From: an uncultured virus (IMG/VR IMGVR_UViG_2061766007_004183)
Lineage: Duplodnaviria > Heunggongvirae > Uroviricota > Caudoviricetes
IMG/VR virus record: IMGVR_UViG_2061766007_004183
Length of the DNA stretch: 55,919 nucleotides
Reading direction: 5' to 3' (one strand)
Shown here: positions 37,292-47,409 of the stretch, one piece after another
Numbering within the stretch: the stretch's first letter is position 1
How the letters are laid out: each line of letters opens with the position of its first letter
Translations under genes and position numbers: made by a program
Notes under the pieces: generated by a model
The model's database searches: none
What the model was told of the DNA's origin: nothing
Seen by the model: only the letters and a program-made list of their open reading frames with translations

Positions 37292-37549
37292 TTATTTGCT
37301 CAGCTTTGCCTTTGACGGTTTTTCTGCACTGTACATGATCTGTACAGTGCTTCCCACTTTCGGAACCGGAAGGCCTGCACCAATCCATGCCCTTTTGGTA
37401 TATTCACTGCCGTCCACAGTATACTTGACCTTAATGATATGCGGGAATACTGCCCCGTCCAGGGGGCCCGTTCTGAATGACTTCGTATTGACTTTGAACC
37501 ACCATTGCTTCTTGACGGAAACAACGATCCCTTCCGTTTGATTATTCAT
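37292..37549 (-). CDS. Small hypothetical protein (DUF3592-like)
   Basis: GGAGG RBS; KQWW.K.NTK, V.YTVDG. Confidence 0.6.
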   Translation of the reverse strand: MNNQTEGIVVSVKKQWWFKVNTKSFRTGPLDGAVFPHIIKVKYTVDGSEYTKRAWIGAGLPVPKVGSTVQIMYSAEKPSKAKLSK

Positions 37550-37582
37550 AGGTACCTCCTTAAGAGAGAATCGGGAATTGAA

Positions 37583-37795
37583 TCACTTTTTCTTATCGTC
37601 TGTGTCATCCTCACTGTTTTCTGCTTTCTTTTGCCCCAGCACAAGACCAAGACACATCCCAACTACCAAGCCGATCGGCATCCACAGTCCTATATTATGT
37701 GTTGCTGCACCGATGGCTGTACCGATAGACAAGCCGATGCACATTCCAAGGGCGAGACTCTGTGAATTGTTATTGTTTTTTTGACTTCCTTTCAA
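37583..37795 (-). CDS. Small glycine-zipper membrane protein
   Basis: GMCIGLSIGTAIG / IGLVVGMCLG. Confidence 0.65.
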   Translation of the reverse strand: MKGSQKNNNNSQSLALGMCIGLSIGTAIGAATHNIGLWMPIGLVVGMCLGLVLGQKKAENSEDDTDDKKK

Positions 37796-37833
37796 ATAGG
37801 AACCTCCATTAGCGCCGATTTGTCAGACTGCGC

Positions 37834-39075
37834 TCAGTCTTTTTTCTCTGGATCCATCTGCGCCTTATATCTCCGCCCGATCATTGCGGAGGTCTCCATG
37901 GCGCTGCCGCGTCCGATCACTTCTGACCCGTATTTCCCTCGGATTGCGTCCACCGCGCGGTCCAGCTTCCGCGCCTTCTCGCGGCTTCCGTCGTTAAATA
38001 AGGACATCTGCGCCTCTTCTTCACGGACGAGATTGGTCAGGCTCAGGCCCAACAGCCGCAGCGGTGTCTGCCGGTCCCAAAGCTCGGTAAACAGAGCCGC
38101 TGCGATCTCATAGACTTCGCTGGTCACATCCGTCGGCAGATCCAGCTGACGCTGATGGGACTTGTTCCGGAAGTCATTGCTGCGAATGGTCACCGCAATG
38201 CAACTGGCCTGTGCACCGTCGGCCCGCATCCGAGCAGTCACGCTGTCTGCAAGTGCAAGCAGGATCCGCTTGGCCGCATCGGTTTCCGTGACATCCTCTT
38301 CCATGGTAGTCGATATGCTGTAGCCTTTGGCTTCCTCCGGCTCGGCGAGGACAGGTGAGTCGTCGATCCCGTTGGAAAAGTTATGAAGCTGCTGGCCCAG
38401 CTTACTGCCCAGTTGAGACTGAAGCGTATCCAGCGGCGTCCGGGCGAGATCCCCGATGGTGTTGATGCGGAGCCTGCGCAGTTTTGCGGCGGTGTTCCCG
38501 CCCACGGTGAAGAGATCGCCCACCGGCAGCGGCCACATTTTCTTTTGAATCTCCTCCGGAAACAGGGTGTGGACCTTATCCGGCTTTTCAAAATCGCTGG
38601 CCATTTTCGCCAGCAGCTTGTTTCGGCTGATGCCGACGTTGACCGTGAAACCCAGCGTATCCCGGATTCGGTCCTTGAGTTCAAGAGCCGTTGCGATCGG
38701 GTCGGGATAGAGATAGCCTGTGCCGCTGAAATCGCAGAAGCACTCGTCGATAGAGGCTTTCTCGACCACCGGAGCGTAGCTGCGGCAGATATCCATAAAA
38801 GCCTTTGAGTTCTTCTCATATAGCCGGAAATCCGGCCGGGCCAGAATCAGGTTCGGACATTTCCTCAGCGCGGCCGACAGAGGCTCGCCTGTCTTGACGC
38901 CGAGTTTCTTCGCGGGGATGGATTTTGCCAGGACGACACCCGTCCGCTTTTCCGGGTCGCCTCCAATGGCAGCGGGCACAAGCCGGAGATCCTCTCCGCC
39001 TTCCGATACGCGACGGACAGCCTCCCAGGAGAGATAGGCGCTGTTGACATCAACATGAAAGATCAATCGTTCCAA
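37834..39075 (-). CDS. dinB: DNA polymerase IV
   Basis: HVDVNSAYLS, SIDE, NKLLAKMASDFEKPD, LRLLG. Confidence 0.9.
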   Translation of the reverse strand: MERLIFHVDVNSAYLSWEAVRRVSEGGEDLRLVPAAIGGDPEKRTGVVLAKSIPAKKLGVKTGEPLSAALRKCPNLILARPDFRLYEKNSKAFMDICRSYAPVVEKASIDECFCDFSGTGYLYPDPIATALELKDRIRDTLGFTVNVGISRNKLLAKMASDFEKPDKVHTLFPEEIQKKMWPLPVGDLFTVGGNTAAKLRRLRINTIGDLARTPLDTLQSQLGSKLGQQLHNFSNGIDDSPVLAEPEEAKGYSISTTMEEDVTETDAAKRILLALADSVTARMRADGAQASCIAVTIRSNDFRNKSHQRQLDLPTDVTSEVYEIAAALFTELWDRQTPLRLLGLSLTNLVREEEAQMSLFNDGSREKARKLDRAVDAIRGKYGSEVIGRGSAMETSAMIGRRYKAQMDPEKKD

Positions 39076-39432
39076 ATTATCGCCTCCCTCTCCGATGCTT
39101 TTCCGGCTAGTGCTCGTTCATCTTCTCTTTCAGATCCTGCAGACTCTTGTCATGCTGTTCCTGTGAGATCGCTCCGGTTTTCAAGAACCGATCCAAGGTT
39201 TCTTTTTGATGCAGGTATAGAAGATGGTTTTTCTCTTCATGGGTGAGTTTTTCCCAAGGCTTATTGCCGTTTTCCATTGATCAGCGTACTCCTCTTCGGA
39301 TCAGTGGGAAGCCCCACTTCTTCTCAAACGTAGATTATATAGAAATCTGGTACTCCGGTCAATGTCAGGGAACCAATCCCAGATATGCACTTGGCCAAGA
39401 AACAACCGCGCTTCACTGAGGATTTGCCTGAG

Positions 39433-39608
39433 AAACCCTGTCAGTTCGAACTGACAGGGTTTTGTGCATTGCCAAGACTGCAAAACCTGCGCCAAGACTG
39501 CAAAATAGCAGCGTCAAGACTGCAAAGAGTCCTTGTGTGCGCAAGCTGGAAACCGTTGATAATTCGCGCTTTTAATATCTCAAGGCTGCAAGAATGCAAG
39601 ACTGCAAA
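39433..39608. repeat. 30-bp perfect palindrome followed by CAAGACTG-type direct repeats (possible origin)
   Basis: AAACCCTGTCAGTTCGAACTGACAGGGTTT; CAAGACTGCAAA at 39473, 39493, 39515, 39597; 8-bp-period variants at 39581, 39589. Confidence 0.7.
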
Positions 39609-39859
39609 ATGGTACATGAACTTCTCGAAATCTGTTGTTCTTTCACTACCTCATCCGTAAAGATATATAGAAGGGTGATTTATAGGCCGTAGACGTGGGG
39701 AATGTGATGTACGACGGACTTCGGTGCAATCTAACGCACCATCATCCGCAGGATGTTGACAACCTGGTAACTGAAGTTAACCATCTGTTAACGGGTAACT
39801 GGTAGAATGCAGGAAAGCATCATCTCCACTGGGTCATAGTGCATAGAAAGGGAATGCAC

Positions 39860-40192
39860 ATGGTTGAAACACTAGGGAGCCGGCTGAAACAACTGCGAAC
39901 CAGCAAGAATCTTCGGTTAGACCAGTTGGGTAATCTGCTGGGAGCAAACAAAACAGCGATCCACTATTATGAAAACGACATGCGCCAACCGACATATGAT
40001 ACTTTGATTCGGTTGGCAAGCATTTTTAATGTCACAACGGATTATTTGCTCGGCTGTGAGAAAGAGAAGACCATCGACGTTTCCGGACTAACCACAAATG
40101 AGATAGCCATGATACGTATGCTTGTCGAAAGCATGGCTCAGAAGAATATGAGGCTGGAAAGCCAGGGGAAGACGGAATATGTTCACGACTAA
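39860..40192 (+). CDS. XRE-family HTH regulator
   Basis: LGSRLKQLR, YEN..RQP, FNVTTDYLLG. Confidence 0.88.
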   Translation: MVETLGSRLKQLRTSKNLRLDQLGNLLGANKTAIHYYENDMRQPTYDTLIRLASIFNVTTDYLLGCEKEKTIDVSGLTTNEIAMIRMLVESMAQKNMRLESQGKTEYVHD

Positions 40193-41192
40193 TGACGACA
40201 GCCGCCCATATGAATACTACGACTCCGTCAAGGAGAAAAAGGTTGACTGGCTTTGGTATCCGTACATTCCCTACGGAAAGATCACGCTGCTGCAAGGCGA
40301 TCCAGGCGAAGGGAAATCTACTCTGATCATTCATGTTGCCGCCGCATTGACCACGGGCGGCATGCTCCCCGGTGAGATAAAGGTCGAAAAACCGATCACC
40401 GTTATCTATCAATGTGCAGAAGACAATGCAGAGGACACCATAAAGCCTCGGCTGATTGAAGCAGGAGCCGATTGCTCCAAAGTTGCTTTTATCAGGGATA
40501 ACGAACAGAACCTTTCTCTGGACGATGAACGTATCGAGCAGTGCATTTGCGAGACAGGCGCGGGATTGTTCGTACTTGACCCATTACAGGCATATATCCG
40601 GCAGGATGGCGATTTTCAAAGCGCAACGCGGATGAGAAGTCTGATGCGCCGCCTGGCTTCAGTTGCAGAACGCTGTCACTGTGCGATCGTTTTGATCGGG
40701 CACCTCAACAAGTCATCTGGCGGGAAAACACTTTACCGCGGCCTTGGGAGTATCGACATTGCCGCAATTGCCAGAAGTGTACTTATGGTTTCTAGAGATT
40801 CCAGTTTCCCGGAGATGCGCTATATGCACTCCATCAAGAGCAGTCTGGCCCCGGAACGGTACGGGATCGCTTTTGTGCTGGATTCTGAAACAGGCTTCCA
40901 CTGGATCGGGAGATGCCTGTACAGCAGTGATGAGTCTGCTGTCATAGCAAAGCCATCTCTTTCAAAAAGGGCCAGAGCCAAGGAACTGCTTCAGGTCATG
41001 CTTTCGACTGAAGACCTGAAAAGCACGGAAGTATTCTCGCGCCTTGCATGGCTGGGGATATCCGAACGGACGATTCGAAGTGCGCAGAAAGAGTTGGGCG
41101 TCGAAGCGTATCGAAAGAATAACTGCTGGTATCTCAAACTGTCCTATGAAAGCAATCCGCAGCCTGAGGAGGAAGAGACTGAAAATGAATGA
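40179..41192 (+). CDS. AAA_25 (RepA-like) ATPase/helicase
   Basis: WLWYPYIPYGKITLLQGDPGEGKST, AED, LDPLQAY, GHLNK, GSID...ARSV. Confidence 0.88.
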   Translation: MFTTNDDSRPYEYYDSVKEKKVDWLWYPYIPYGKITLLQGDPGEGKSTLIIHVAAALTTGGMLPGEIKVEKPITVIYQCAEDNAEDTIKPRLIEAGADCSKVAFIRDNEQNLSLDDERIEQCICETGAGLFVLDPLQAYIRQDGDFQSATRMRSLMRRLASVAERCHCAIVLIGHLNKSSGGKTLYRGLGSIDIAAIARSVLMVSRDSSFPEMRYMHSIKSSLAPERYGIAFVLDSETGFHWIGRCLYSSDESAVIAKPSLSKRARAKELLQVMLSTEDLKSTEVFSRLAWLGISERTIRSAQKELGVEAYRKNNCWYLKLSYESNPQPEEEETENE

Positions 41193-41940
41193 GTTCGGGA
41201 CATTCGATCTGGAAATGCTCGGGATCACGCAGGAGCAAATTGAGGAGGTGGATTCCTCCGAGGCAGAAGTAGTCAGCCGCGTGCTGATGCCGCGCATCAA
41301 GGATATCAGCGCAACCTTCAGACCGGACGGGATCATCTTCAATACGACCTGCATAAGGAGTATGGTCGATGTTGTTTATATCGAGATGTCCATCCATCGA
41401 GAAACACATATGCTTTATGTTGAACCGGCTCTGGAATCGGACAGGGATTCCCGTCGTTGGTGCAGTGAAAAAGAGGGAAAGCGTTATAGTCGAAAGATCA
41501 CAAGCAGACCTTTTGGAGATCGTGTATACAAAATGATGGGCTGGAGCAAAGGGTACTCATTCCGTGTATGCGGCTATCCAAGCAAACAGGTCGGAAGTGA
41601 ACATGAGTATCTTCTGGCTTTCGTGATGGATGAATATGACCAGACTCTCCTAACGGAAAAAGGTTTGAAAGCTGCCGGCATCGAGGATGCCGATCTTGGT
41701 GAGCACGCTGAGCAGATCCATGCCGATATCGCTGAGGAAAAGGCTCAAATTGAAAAAGCCAAAGAAGAAGCCAAGGCTTCCGGAGAAAAAAGACGGACCA
41801 GGAAAAAAACTACATACTTCCGGACGGTTGAGGATGGTGCTTTTGGTGTGAAAAAGAAAGAACATGTCGGCCGGATTGAAGTTCCGCCGCTTGAGCAGTT
41901 GGAACTTGTGGAAATGATGAATGAAAATGAGCCAGCATAA
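41185..41940 (+). CDS. Hypothetical recombinase-associated protein
   Basis: GGAGG RBS; shares a domain with the recombinase C-terminus. Confidence 0.7.
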   Translation: MNEFGTFDLEMLGITQEQIEEVDSSEAEVVSRVLMPRIKDISATFRPDGIIFNTTCIRSMVDVVYIEMSIHRETHMLYVEPALESDRDSRRWCSEKEGKRYSRKITSRPFGDRVYKMMGWSKGYSFRVCGYPSKQVGSEHEYLLAFVMDEYDQTLLTEKGLKAAGIEDADLGEHAEQIHADIAEEKAQIEKAKEEAKASGEKRRTRKKTTYFRTVEDGAFGVKKKEHVGRIEVPPLEQLELVEMMNENEPA

Positions 41941-41975
41941 CCGAGTGTTCCGTTTCGTGAAGGAGGTAAAGTACC

Positions 41976-42389
41976 ATGGCCGACGAAGTGGGTATAGGTG
42001 CCTATTTCAATCAGGGCAGAATCCGGATTCGCTATAAGACAATAGAGAATCTCGGTTTTCCGGAATATATCCATCTTAGACTCAATGAGGAAAAGAAATA
42101 CCTCTTTATTGAAGGCTGCGAACAGGATATAGATGCGTTCCGCATTAGATACGTTCAGGATCAAGATGGGAAAAAAGTAATAGAACCCAGTTGCTATATC
42201 AATTCGAAAAAGTTCCTTGAATACCTGGCTGATGTGATCGGGGTATCTGCAGATTCCCCATCTCTTCGGTTTGCAGGTCGGATCATGCCGGACGGGACGG
42301 TGTTTATTGATCTCAACCGATACATGTTGTCGAATGATCCCAGAATTCCGCGGAGCGCTTTAGCTTCCGGTACTTCGGGGCATGAATAG
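41976..42389 (+). CDS. Hypothetical recombinase-associated protein
   Basis: AAGGAGG RBS; RIRI...T...LG.P.YI.L..N. Confidence 0.7.
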   Translation: MADEVGIGAYFNQGRIRIRYKTIENLGFPEYIHLRLNEEKKYLFIEGCEQDIDAFRIRYVQDQDGKKVIEPSCYINSKKFLEYLADVIGVSADSPSLRFAGRIMPDGTVFIDLNRYMLSNDPRIPRSALASGTSGHE

Positions 42390-42470
42390 GGGGTGTAGTC
42401 TATCAGTCAGAAGATACCGAGCCTGAGCCAAGGACTGCATAAGACAGAGCACGTCGAGGATCAGCAGTCT

Positions 42471-44840
42471 TTGATCCCTGAAGGCTTGAGCGAACGGGAA
42501 AAGATCGAGTTTGACTACAGCCGGCAGCGGGATATGTCAAAAGTGACCTTCTTCCCAGCGAAGAAAGCGCCTGGTCTTTATGACCTGATGGGAAGGCTCC
42601 GAGTAGTCGTGTACTGCCGCGTGTCGACGGACGGGTTATCTCAGGCAACCTCATTTGACTTACAGCGGACCTATTATTTGCAGTTTGTTCGGAAGCACGT
42701 CCAATGGAAGCTGATTGCCATGTATTCAGATGAGGGTATAACGGCAACAAGTACTGAGAAACGAATCGGCCTGCTCCGGATGCTCGAGGACGCCAAAGCC
42801 GGGAAGTTCGACGTCATTATAGTCAAGAACCTATCACGACTGAGCCGCAACCTGATGGACTGCATGAATATCATCTACGCGCTTCGCAATCTGCCAAATC
42901 CGGTCGGGATTTACTTCGAATCAGAAAACCTGTACACCCTTGATAAATCCGCGGATTTCACGCTTCAGGTCCTTTCCCTGGTCGCTCAGGAAGAGAGCCA
43001 CAAAAAGTCTGAAGCGATGCTCGCCTCTTATTACATGCGCTTCTCCCAGGGACAGTATCTGGTCCCCGACCTTCTGGGGTTCCGCAAAGTTGGCAAGAAC
43101 ATGATTGCCGTAGACGTGGAGGAGGCGAAAACAGTCCAGCTTATCTTCATGATGTTCATGGCTGGATACCGGCCGAGGACAATCGCCAAAGTCCTGGTGC
43201 GACTTGGGCGAAAGACACATACACACGTTTCAAAAGATGGAACGGTAAAAGAAGGCCAGGTCAAATGGACCGCAGAATCCGTAAAGAACATACTGAAAAA
43301 TGAACGCCGTTGCGGTGATGTCCTGGCGCAGAAAACCGTTACGGAAAGCTATTTGACGCACAAAAGCAAGCCAAACAATGACATACTGCCTCAGTTCTAC
43401 GCCATTGATCAGCACCAGGGTATCGTCAGTCCGGAAGACTTCCTCCTGACTCAGCGGTTGCTCGCGGCCAACCGCGGTGGCTGGGAAGGTGACCTTCCGA
43501 ACATGCATATCTACAGCGACGGTCCGCTTAAGGGCTTTGTTTCAGTAGTTCCGCGCTGGTGCGGTTATACTTCGGAAGACTACAGCAGAGCGTCACTTCG
43601 TGCATACGGGGTTGAAGAAAGCGAGCTTGTGCGCCTTGGCGGTGTGATTGAAGCCGATCTTTCCCAGCGAGGTCAACAGATCATGGGAAAAGCCGGTCAG
43701 AAGGCGACGGAGAGCGAAACCTTCCAGTACCGGACCAGTATCGATTCGGATGACTATACGATGTATCCTGAGTCGGATGAGGTTCAGGATAACAGTGAAG
43801 AGGAGGAGCAGCTTTCGGCGTTTGCTGAGCAGATTCGTAAGCGCCAGAAGGAGCTTGCTGCGATGGCAGTCGATAAGCGGGAATTTGGCCCTTATGATCT
43901 TACCGGCTGTGAGAGAGTACAGGCAGAGCTGTTTCCCACTAATGACAAAGTCTGCTTTACCATCGACAGAAACGGAATCCTCTTTAATTCCTTTGCACAG
44001 AAACGCCTCAGAGGTGCAACTGATGCTATTCAAACTGTGGAGATCGCATATAATCCGGTCATGAAACTGATTGTGATCCGCAGTACCGACGCTGACGACG
44101 AACACGCGTTGAAGTGGGCAGCGGAGCGGAACAACTCGCTCACCATGCGCAAGTGCTCTTGCAGAGGTTTTGCCAGCGCTCTGTTTGACAACATGGGATG
44201 GAATCTCGATTATAAGTACAAGTTGATAGGGTCGTCGATGATTATTGATGGTCAGCCGGTTCTTCTTTTTTCTCTGGATAACCCGATCAGGACAGTCCCC
44301 ATTGTCAGAGAGCAGAAGCCCAAGATCGATAACAGCAAAAAGACAAGAAGCAGGCAAACGGCAGAATTACTGGAAGCTGGCTTTGCTCCTGAAGATTTCC
44401 AGATTCCAACCGCAGTGACCGGCATTGACCTCGGTAACGACACTCTCAATGAAAAAGCCAGGAACGCAGCCAAAAGCAGAGCAATCTATTACGATAACAT
44501 CACTTCAGCATCCGGCGTAATTCATGTGAATGATTTGGGACCAGAGAGATTTGATCCGGAATGCATCCGGCAGATTATCCAGAAAAACAGGGCACCGGAA
44601 GAAGGCTGGGGTTATCTAAAAGGAATGGCTGTATTCCGAAAGAACAGCTTTACGATTCTATCCGAAAGTCTCCATGATAGTTTTGGGGCTGAAATGTATT
44701 CCAAGCCAAAGCTAAAACTGCTTGATGGAGCGATTGCAGAAAGGATCCCGTATGGCTGGGTTCGGGGGATATCCGTTCCGTCCAGAGAGACTGTCGAAGA
44801 AACGATCAATATGCTGTATGAAGAGTTGCTGACAGGTTAG
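42471..44840 (+). CDS. Large serine recombinase with long C-terminal extension
   Basis: YCRVST, YSDEGITATS, R.G..RML.D, SRLSRN, AQEES..KS, ILKNE...GD...QKT; true start uncertain. Confidence 0.9.
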   Translation: MIPEGLSEREKIEFDYSRQRDMSKVTFFPAKKAPGLYDLMGRLRVVVYCRVSTDGLSQATSFDLQRTYYLQFVRKHVQWKLIAMYSDEGITATSTEKRIGLLRMLEDAKAGKFDVIIVKNLSRLSRNLMDCMNIIYALRNLPNPVGIYFESENLYTLDKSADFTLQVLSLVAQEESHKKSEAMLASYYMRFSQGQYLVPDLLGFRKVGKNMIAVDVEEAKTVQLIFMMFMAGYRPRTIAKVLVRLGRKTHTHVSKDGTVKEGQVKWTAESVKNILKNERRCGDVLAQKTVTESYLTHKSKPNNDILPQFYAIDQHQGIVSPEDFLLTQRLLAANRGGWEGDLPNMHIYSDGPLKGFVSVVPRWCGYTSEDYSRASLRAYGVEESELVRLGGVIEADLSQRGQQIMGKAGQKATESETFQYRTSIDSDDYTMYPESDEVQDNSEEEEQLSAFAEQIRKRQKELAAMAVDKREFGPYDLTGCERVQAELFPTNDKVCFTIDRNGILFNSFAQKRLRGATDAIQTVEIAYNPVMKLIVIRSTDADDEHALKWAAERNNSLTMRKCSCRGFASALFDNMGWNLDYKYKLIGSSMIIDGQPVLLFSLDNPIRTVPIVREQKPKIDNSKKTRSRQTAELLEAGFAPEDFQIPTAVTGIDLGNDTLNEKARNAAKSRAIYYDNITSASGVIHVNDLGPERFDPECIRQIIQKNRAPEEGWGYLKGMAVFRKNSFTILSESLHDSFGAEMYSKPKLKLLDGAIAERIPYGWVRGISVPSRETVEETINMLYEELLTG

Positions 44841-44885
44841 TAGTAAAAGCAATTCAAGGCTATAACATTCCTCCTAGAGAACACT

Positions 44886-44920
44886 ACGGATTGCGGTAGC
44901 AGTTGCTGCCGCAATCCGTT
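44886..44920. terminator. Hairpin after recombinase
   Basis: ACGGATTGCGGTAGC/GCTGCCGCAATCCGT. Confidence 0.55.
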
Positions 44921-45093
44921 CGCATTGAGAACAAGAAATACAGGTCATTTCTGTGTTTGACCACATTATTTGACCCTATTCAGGGTGAAAATGAATAGAA
45001 CTATTGGACTGACAAGTACAAATAATACTGATTTCATAGCTGATTATTCAATATATAAGATTGAATAACAAACAATGGACAATTGAGGTCAAA

Positions 45094-45116
45094 TTCGAAT
45101 CCACCCGCCCCCACCA
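45094..45116 (+). other. Duplicated tRNA 3' end, putative att site
   Basis: TTCGAATCCACCCGCCCCCACCA with no upstream tRNA body; TTTGACC direct repeats at 44956 and 44969. Confidence 0.7.
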
Positions 45117-45153
45117 TCGTCGTCGCGGACTTCGTATCGTTCGNNNNNNNNNN

Positions 45154-45468
45154 AGCGCCATGCAGGGCATGGGCAAGCCCGGCCGCGCCTTCTGGGGCCC
45201 CGGCTGCGGCGCTCCCATGAACTATAACTTCTGGTTCGGCGGCTATTCCGATCCTCTGGCCTCCATCGCCAAGGCCCCCGTCGCCGACGATGTGCCCATG
45301 AACAGCGTGGAGCAGGTGCTTTACCGGCCCAACCTCCCCGACGCCATCCTGAACGGCCATTATGAGTGGTACGGCGAGGGCTTCTGCGGCGGCGGCATCG
45401 ACCTGGAATTCACCCGGCATAGAAATCTCGGATTCCCAGTGGCATAAATCGCGCCAAACTTCGTTGTC
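45154..45468 (+). other. GC-rich coding fragment between gaps, possibly a molybdopterin oxidoreductase subunit
   Basis: AMQGMGKPG..FWG; no termini visible. Confidence 0.3.
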
Positions 45469-45478
45469 NNNNNNNNNN

Positions 45479-46697
45479 CAGCTCAAACGGTTTGCGGACA
45501 GCAGGCAGATTTGCCTTTTGCTCGTCCATCACACCAGAAAGCAGCCGGCAGAGGACAGCTTTGAAACTATCTCCGGTACCACCGGATTGCTGGGCTGCGC
45601 GGACGGAGCCTTCATCCTNNNNNNNNNNGCTGGTCATCATTGACACGCTGCAGAAGGTACGGGCGGTATCCGGGGAAGCGTACAGCTATGCNNNNNNNNN
45701 NCCAGGCTGATACAGCTCCCGTTCCGATTGTGGCTGACCGTCAAGGCTATCCCGTACTCGTTTCTCAGTTCGCCGCTCTTGACGTTCAGCCTTCGGGTGA
45801 GGATATTCGGTTTCATATCCTCCCCCAGCAGCGCCAGCAGTTCCGTTGCACTGCCGGTCCATGTGGGCCTGTCCGCCATCACCAGCGCCGCGACCTTTTC
45901 CAGCAACGGGTCAGGCGGCGCGATCCAAGGCTGCGTTTCCGCATGGTCGAGCTGCCNNNNNNNNNNTGTACTCGCTTCTCAGTTCGCCGCTCTTGACGTT
46001 CAGCCTTCGGGTTAGGATATTCGGTTTCATATCCTCCCCCAACAGCGCCAGCAGCTCCGTTGCGCTGCCGGTCCATGTGGGCTTGTCCTCTGTCACCAGC
46101 GCCGCNNNNNNNNNNCGTACTCGCTTCTCAGCTCGCCGCTCTTGACGTTCAGCCTTCGGGTGAGGATATTCGGTTTCATGTCCTCCCCCAAAAGCGCCAG
46201 CAGTTCCGTTGCGCTGCCGGTCCATGTGGGCTTGTCCTCTGTCACCAGCGCCGCNNNNNNNNNNTGTTTCTCAGTTCGCCGTTCTTGACGTTCAGCCTTC
46301 GGGTGAGGATATTCGGTTTCATGTCCTCCCCCAGCAGCGCCAGCAGTTCCGTTGCACTGCCGGTCCATGTGGACTTGTCCTCTGTCACCAGCGCCGCGAC
46401 CTTTTTCAGCAGCGGGTCAGGCGGCGCGATCCAAGGCTGCGTTTCCGCATGGTCGAGCTGCCAGGTCAGCGTGGATTCGTCCCGCGTGAGATAGAGCTTT
46501 TGATCCGGCTGATCCCGACTGACGATCTCCAGCACGGCGGTCAGATCCGTGCGTTTGGCTTTTTTGAGGATGAAGGCTCCGTCCGCGCAGCCCAGCAAGC
46601 CAGTGGTACCGGAGATGGTTTCAAAGCTGTCCTCTGCCGGCTGCTTTCTGGTGTGATGGACGAGCAAAAGGCAAATCTGTCTGCTGTCCGCAAACCG
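45479..46697. repeat. Collapsed, gap-separated copies of the 3' half of an AAA_25 ATPase gene
   Basis: Near-identical LLVHHTRKQ/ISGTTG and WTGSATELL segments separated by 10-N gaps. Confidence 0.8.
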
Positions 46698-46800
46698 NNN
46701 NNNNNNNTCCTGTGTATGCACTGATCAGAGTATAGCAAATGCGTTTAGTTGAGTCAAGAAAAACATAAACAAAAAAGATAAATATTCTCTTCAAAACCTC

Positions 46801-46829
46801 TTGACTTTAACTGATTCGTTTAGTATAAT
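46801..46829 (+). promoter_or_regulatory. SigA promoter upstream of oriT/mob
   Basis: TTGACT-17-TATAAT. Confidence 0.65.
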
Positions 46830-46953
46830 GAGCCGCAATTAAACGAATAGAGTTAAGCGCGACAACTGAATAACCTCCCGCATCAGAGTCATGATGCAAC
46901 CCGCCCGGGCGAATCGGATGGCGGCTAGAAAGTATTCCGACACTAAATAAGAG

Positions 46954-46996
46954 AAGTGTCATAGTGGGTTACACACTTTGAAAAAGGTGTGTAACC
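46954..46996 (+). other. MOB_V (pMV158/RSA-type) oriT
   Basis: AAGTGT-CATAGTGGGTTAC-ACACTT with overlapping GGTTACACAC/GTGTGTAACC inverted repeat, directly before the Mob gene. Confidence 0.7.
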
Positions 46997-47039
46997 GCGT
47001 CCCGACGGCTTAGTTTTCCGGGAAAGGAAGTGATTACGA

Positions 47040-47399
47040 ATGAGCACAAACTACAGCGTGGCCCGCGTCGAGAAGCACACTGCCGCAAGCATCGGGAAAT
47101 CCGAACGGCACATTGAACGAAAAAACGAGAGCTATGAAAACATGAACGTGGATCTGAGCCGGACGCCGATGAACGTCCACTACAAGAGCTGCGGCGATTT
47201 GACCTATAATGCCTATCTTGACAAGCTGGTGACCGATGGCACTGTTTCCATGCGAGGGCTGAGGGCCAATGCCGCGCTCTTCAACGAAATGGTCTTGGAC
47301 GTGAACACAGCCTATTTCGAGGAGCACGGCGGTTACGATTACGCCAGGCAGTTCTTCGCGGAGGCATTCCGCTTTGCTGAAAAGGAGTATGGACCGAGA
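47040..47399 (+). CDS. Mob/Pre (MOB_V) relaxase, N-terminal fragment cut by a gap
   Basis: ARVEK, ERHIERKN..Y.N..VD.SRT..N.H, GLRANA. Confidence 0.8.
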
Positions 47400-47409
47400 N
47401 NNNNNNNNN

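Larger units (their letters stand above)
1..45116. mobile_element. Large integrative genomic island (ICE/IME-like); left end lies outside the window
   Basis: Excisionase, serine recombinase, YqaJ/RecD2/primase module, ImmR/ImmA pair, UmuC-YolD and defence cargo; ends in an isolated tRNA 3' end at 45094-45116. May be several nested elements. Confidence 0.6.
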
